DNA from: Atractiella rhizophila
Taxonomy: Eukaryota
Assembly (NCBI GenBank): GCA_021432655.1
Contig: MU271654.1
Span: forward strand, 1 to 35,059
DNA length: 35,059 nt
Direction of reading: 5' to 3'
The notes under the pieces were generated by a model. The model saw only the letters and a program-made list of their open reading frames with translations, made no database searches and had not been told where the DNA came from. A program made the translations under genes and the position numbers. Positions within the stretch are counted from its first letter, which is position 1. Each line of letters starts with the position of its first letter. This document shows, in pieces, positions 30,355-35,059 of the stretch.

Positions 30355-32558
30355 ATGTCCGCCTCCCCTGTTCAAGAGTATCCTCAAGAGTACCCTCTAG
30401 AGGATCACCCTCATGAGCACTTTCACGACAACGTCAAGCAGGGATCTGAGTCGCACTCTCCTCCAGCTCACCAACATCAGTCCACGCAACCAAGCGTATT
30501 GTTGTCCATCCCAGCACCCGGCCTTGTCGGCGCAGGAGAGGCTGGAGGAGAGTTGGAGGAAAAGCCAAAGGTCAAGCGCGCTTATCGTTCAAGGCCTGGC
30601 GCCGTCGCATCTGGACCAGGCACTGGGAGGAGAGGAAGAAGATGGGGAGATCCGCAGATAGTCAGTGCGTGATCCGCATTCACCAATCAAGAAAGACTGA
30701 GATATATCATGCCCTCCTTAGATCCAGAGGGAACTCTCACTAAGGCTGACGCCGCAGCTGTCACCAAAGAGACGCTGTGGGACATCATGCCCTCCCAGTG
30801 GACCGCGTCAGAGAAAGAGGGCTCACACAAAGCTCTACGCGTGAATTCTATTTTCACTGGCAGACAGCTAAAATACTGATATGCAATGGGACAGAAACGA
30901 ATCCAAGATCTGGTGAGGGAGAAAGATATCCAAGTCGCTTGGGCTGCCATCGAGAATGGCAAGTGGACGATCAAGAAGACGAGTTGGAGCGCGATCAAGA
31001 GGTCTTCTGCCGGTCAGACAGTTATGAAGGAGGTTCGTCTTCTCCCCTCTCGTCGTCCCGCCTTGTCCTTCCCACGCTGACGCATTCGGGTGCGGGCCGG
31101 TGGGAACAGGTCACAGAACAGTTCCCGTACCTTAGGAAATATAAAGATGGATGGGCTGCTGAGGAGGCTTTCTCCAAAGTCGTCCTGTCAATGAGTGCGA
31201 GTATGAGTGCCAAACTTGGACGAAGGGGTGAAAAGGGAGATATTGACGGTTTGTCTACCCATCTTCCTTTCGCAATTCGACGGCGGCCTGATGGTGATCA
31301 TGCAGAGGACCTTGTCAAAGAGGTCATGGGCGAGTTCTACACCACAACTCCACCGACTGCAGCTGGCCAATATGTCACACCACAGAATCTCAGCCACAGC
31401 AGCATGGATGGCCCCGGGCGGCGGCAACAGAAGAGGGTCTTTGCTCAAGGACACGCACATGGAGGACGGAGCGAGAGTGGTTCTGAATCTGGAGGGGACG
31501 AAGATTTCAGGAGGTGGAGGGAGTCCATGATGGGTTCGCCATTTCTCTCCCTCTGAAACAAAGTGATTTGCTTAGACCTCTTGAACAGGTGATTCGTCCC
31601 TCGACGAGCCTGAGCGTCGCTCTGTGGAGCCGCGAATTCCAAGCGGTTTGTCCTCCGTTCTCCTTATTCGTGCGGCAGAACTGAGGCGACAGATGATGAA
31701 GGTGGCCTAACCTTCAAACCGCGCGCTCCCGCATCAGGTCCCACTTATCCCTCCCACTCAACCCGACCACGTCCTCAGCCTTATCCGACTGCCTCTGCTC
31801 GTCGCTCAAAACATCAAGCCGTATCACGTATTTCAGAAGGTGAAGATGAAGACGAAGAGATGGAAGTGGATGAGCTCGCAGAGGACTACGAGGACGAAGA
31901 AGACTTTTATTCTAGTCCTCATGTCCACGCCAGTTCCAGGAACTCGCGTCATGGGAATGGACATATGCAAGGGGAAGGCTATCGCAATGGAGTTCGAGAA
32001 GAGGTGGCTGTCACCGCTAGGGGTCATCCCTTCCATCAATTTCTACCAGAGCCTTTCCCAGCTCCACTTCCCTCAAAAGAAATTGAAGACGACTCCCCTC
32101 GAGCTGTGCCATCGCTTCCTCCAGCGGCTGCTCAAACAACAGTTCGACGATCAGCTTCAGTCTCCACCTCGCGACCAGGAACCGCCGGTGACACCGCGAA
32201 CGGACCCCGCCCTCGTCCCTCGATCTCTACCTCTTCCTCAGCATCTGCCCAGCCAGCGTCTGCTCCCCCGCGCTCCGTGCCTCTGCTCCCTCCCCACTTG
32301 CCGTCCATGCATCTCCCACCGTCAATGATGAACTCATCCATTCCTCCCGCTCTCCTCCCCCCTTCTCTTCCCTCCCCACCGCCAGGACCGCCTCTTCAAC
32401 AGAAGGTAATGCAGGATGGCCGTCATTACGGTGCTCTCAGACCCCCCGGTGATTCCCCTCTTGGATATTTCAAGACGCCGGATGGGAGGGAGTTCTACTT
32501 CGCGGAGGGAGTGAGAATGGATAGGGAGAGCTTTTGGCAGTATTTTGGATATAACTGA
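30355..32558 (+). CDS. Hypothetical multi-exon protein with a Pro-rich, low-complexity C-terminus
   Basis: ATG at 30355 after a pyrimidine-rich leader. Consecutive + strand ORFs (to 30672, 30777-31556, 31860-32558) are separated by short intron-like gaps. Contains the segment QFPYLRKYKDGWAAEEAF. No family recognised. Confidence 0.6.
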
Positions 32559-33227
32559 ACTGACGCTTGTGGAATTACTAGGCGACGAGCGAGAGAGACG
32601 TTTGTTTCAATGCATAGCTGTGTTTATGGTTTATTGGTTTATTCGTTTCGGTATCGACCGTGATAGCTCAATATGATCTTACATCTTACTTCATAAATGG
32701 CCCATTTCAGGACTTGTACTGCGCAGACATGCACATAAGTCAGCTGACCACGAATTTCGGCAACAATGAATGACTGTTACGACCTACTGGCCCTTTAATA
32801 GTTCTTCATGGCATTGACCCGACCATGGCTTCCAGAGGGGTTGGGAGTATTCCCAAACTCCCCACCTCCCTCAAGGCCTCAATCCGCTGCTGATAGTGCT
32901 ATCTCCAGTGTGTTGATTCCAATGAAGTTATAATGGGCTTTTTATACCTTAAGGAACTCGGCAAAATGAGGGAAACGGCAAAGGGGAAAGAAAACTAGAG
33001 CCACAAATGACAGTGGCACGAATGCAGCTTAAAACGGTGCCAAACTCTGACACAGTGGCTGTCACTCACTTCTCGAAGTCCACCGCCGTTGGATGGAGTT
33101 TCACTACGGCGGGAAGATATACATTTTCACTCGAGCGGATCACGACGATATTGGCTGGTGCCATGTACTGGAGGTGAAAACACTTCTTTGGTATGTCACC
33201 TTTTTGATCAATTTTGGGTAATACTGA

Positions 33228-33554
33228 TTGTATGAGCGGGATGAAAAGCAAACCACGTTGAACAGGCTCAACCTGTTGCCAGTAGATTTCCGAACACAAG
33301 GATACCAGAATATGTTCCCGTCGCAATACAACAGGTCATTTGAAGCTGGGCTTTCTGCCGAACAGCCACCTTTTGGAATATTTATTTTGGTCGAGGAAGG
33401 ACGCCTACGATTTCGGGAGGACTCCATCGCGAACGGGAATGGAGATCCCGGCAGATTACCATATTCAGAGTTTTATGGAAGGTTCGATGCGAGTGGTGTA
33501 CACTACGATGCATCCTTACCTCTAAAAGCCATCCGTTCTTGGCATGAGTCATAA
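33228..33554 (+). CDS. Possible small hypothetical protein exon
   Basis: 108-aa ORF with protein-like composition, preceded by a GTATGT donor at 33191. No motif recognised. Confidence 0.2.
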   Translation: MYERDEKQTTLNRLNLLPVDFRTQGYQNMFPSQYNRSFEAGLSAEQPPFGIFILVEEGRLRFREDSIANGNGDPGRLPYSEFYGRFDASGVHYDASLPLKAIRSWHES

Positions 33555-35059
33555 AACACACTTTTGAGCGTTCATACCTCCCTCAGCAGGCACATTGAAA
33601 CGAAATGAATTACATCATCTTACTGCATATGCTTGCGCCTTTCTGAAGCCGCGAGGAAATTTTATTCTGAAGGTGTTAAAAAGTGTGCTTCCTCTGACTC
33701 GAACTCACAGTAGGGTTCAAGGGGCCATGCCCTTTGTGAGTGGGTTGGGGGCCTGAGGGACGAAGGCCTCTGACACACTTATACTTCGATAACAACGTTC
33801 AAAGCTTTCAGCGTATCTATCGACACGGCGACGAGAAATCGTACTATATAGACTCCGAAGCACCTCCGCCAGGTCATGATCCGTTTTCGCGACTCAAGTT
33901 GTACCTTTCTTTAACTGTCACGATTTGGGTCCAAGTCGACCGTGTGAGCACCCTCAAAACTGCGACTGCCAATCCGTTTGTGCGTTTTCTTTTGGCGCCG
34001 TGCTTGAAGCTGAACCCATATCTAGATCAACTGTGAGATACAATGGTCAACCCGCTCACATGCGGCAATACCTTCCTATTCTGGAAGCGGCTCCTGCCTA
34101 ACTTGGAAGTGACATTGACCACTGTATACCTCACAACTCCCCCGTCTCTCTACACCTCTCCTGTCGGCTCCAAGCACGTACAATCGATCAGGAGAAGAAG
34201 GGAAGATAACCGCATGGTATCTTACCCTTATCCAGAAGCTGGAAGGCAAGATCCATCGATTCCCTGGTAAGCCTCGTTTGATTCCCTTCGGCTTCCTCTT
34301 CGTTCCATGCTTTCAGATTATTCTATATTTCTATCTACTTATGTATTACGGGTTTTTCCCACGATGTTGTTTGATCTTTTATCCAATTCATTGGCCTATA
34401 AAAGAGGCCTCACTTGTTAATGTAAATTCATCTTATTCCTCATCATCTTATTTCACACTCACAGCAGAAAGCGCGGTAAGAATCGAGGTAAGTTCCCCGG
34501 GCCGTAGAAGTGCCTCTGTAAGATCCATTGTCCTTATTCTGAGACCAAATAGCTTGATAAGCGGCCCTACACTTCAGTGTGGCTAGCAAAAGCTGGTTCC
34601 TGTCTCTCCTTTTCGTTTAAGCTCTCATTTATTGATTGAGCCTCTTAGTTCTCGCTCTAGTCAAGCTAAAGGAACTCGCTTTTGCAGTAGAGTCTCACAT
34701 CAACATTGCACTAGCTGCTTATTTGAAGCAGTTGTGGGTGGCTTCGCCTCAAGCCCGCGGAGCGTTAGATTTGATGCGACCACGGACTCTCCCTCTTTCA
34801 GGAGTATGGCCATATGCTGGAAATTTACCGCCTGCGTTTACTTTATTCTCGAACACCAAGTTCACAGACCTCGATCCTCCAGGCTTGTCACCCTACCAAT
34901 TATTTAATCTGGCTTGGTGTTTGCCTGAATTTGACTATCAAGAGAAGCCAGAAGAAGAACCAAAGGGCCCCAAATTCGCGGGAATGACGACAGAAGAGGC
35001 TGTGTCACATGAGCTAGTGGCCAGGAAGCTGGTGGTCGGGTCGTAGATGAGAACGGCTG

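Noticed and set aside
33718..33726. CAAGGGGCC resembling the start of the P-like TIR
   Set aside because: Only an 8-bp match, with no partner TIR or TSD in the window.
34636..35046. 136-aa ORF near the right edge
   Set aside because: Non-ATG start and no recognisable motif; cannot be supported as a gene.
1..35059. Numerous antisense/overlapping short ORFs in the six-frame track; RNA genes
   Set aside because: The ORFs are shadows of the spliced genes above. No tRNA or rRNA signature was recognised by eye.

Overview
Eukaryotic, intron-rich fungal DNA (most likely a basidiomycete; GT-AG introns of about 43-60 nt) from a repeat-rich accessory region. From left to right: (1) A cluster of three nuclease-fold/kinase-type genes: a partial FunK1-like gene running off the left edge, a Crinkler-type 2xUbl-REase-kinase gene, and a divergent FunK1 kinase pseudogene. 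(2) A complete 6,284-bp cut-and-paste transposon (6098-12381) inserted in that FunK1 gene. It has 16-bp TIRs starting CAAGG and a 7-bp TSD (ACAGGAC). Its ORF fragments splice in frame into one ~1,837-aa, 7-exon protein with P-element/THAP9-type transposase motifs plus large Cys/His-rich extensions. (3) A complete 4,207-bp PIF/Harbinger element (15668-19874) with 29-bp TIRs, an ATT TSD, a DDE transposase and a Myb/SANT-like partner. (4) Two local tandem duplications; in each, the first copy carries one of the transposons and the second copy preserves the empty site. (5) Two copies of an MDR/enoyl-reductase pseudogene, a GH55 exo-beta-1,3-glucanase with a GPI-like tail, an HMG-box gene and hypothetical genes. 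The giant P-like element is the most interesting candidate for an under-described system. All family calls come from motif recognition by eye; no database searches were run.
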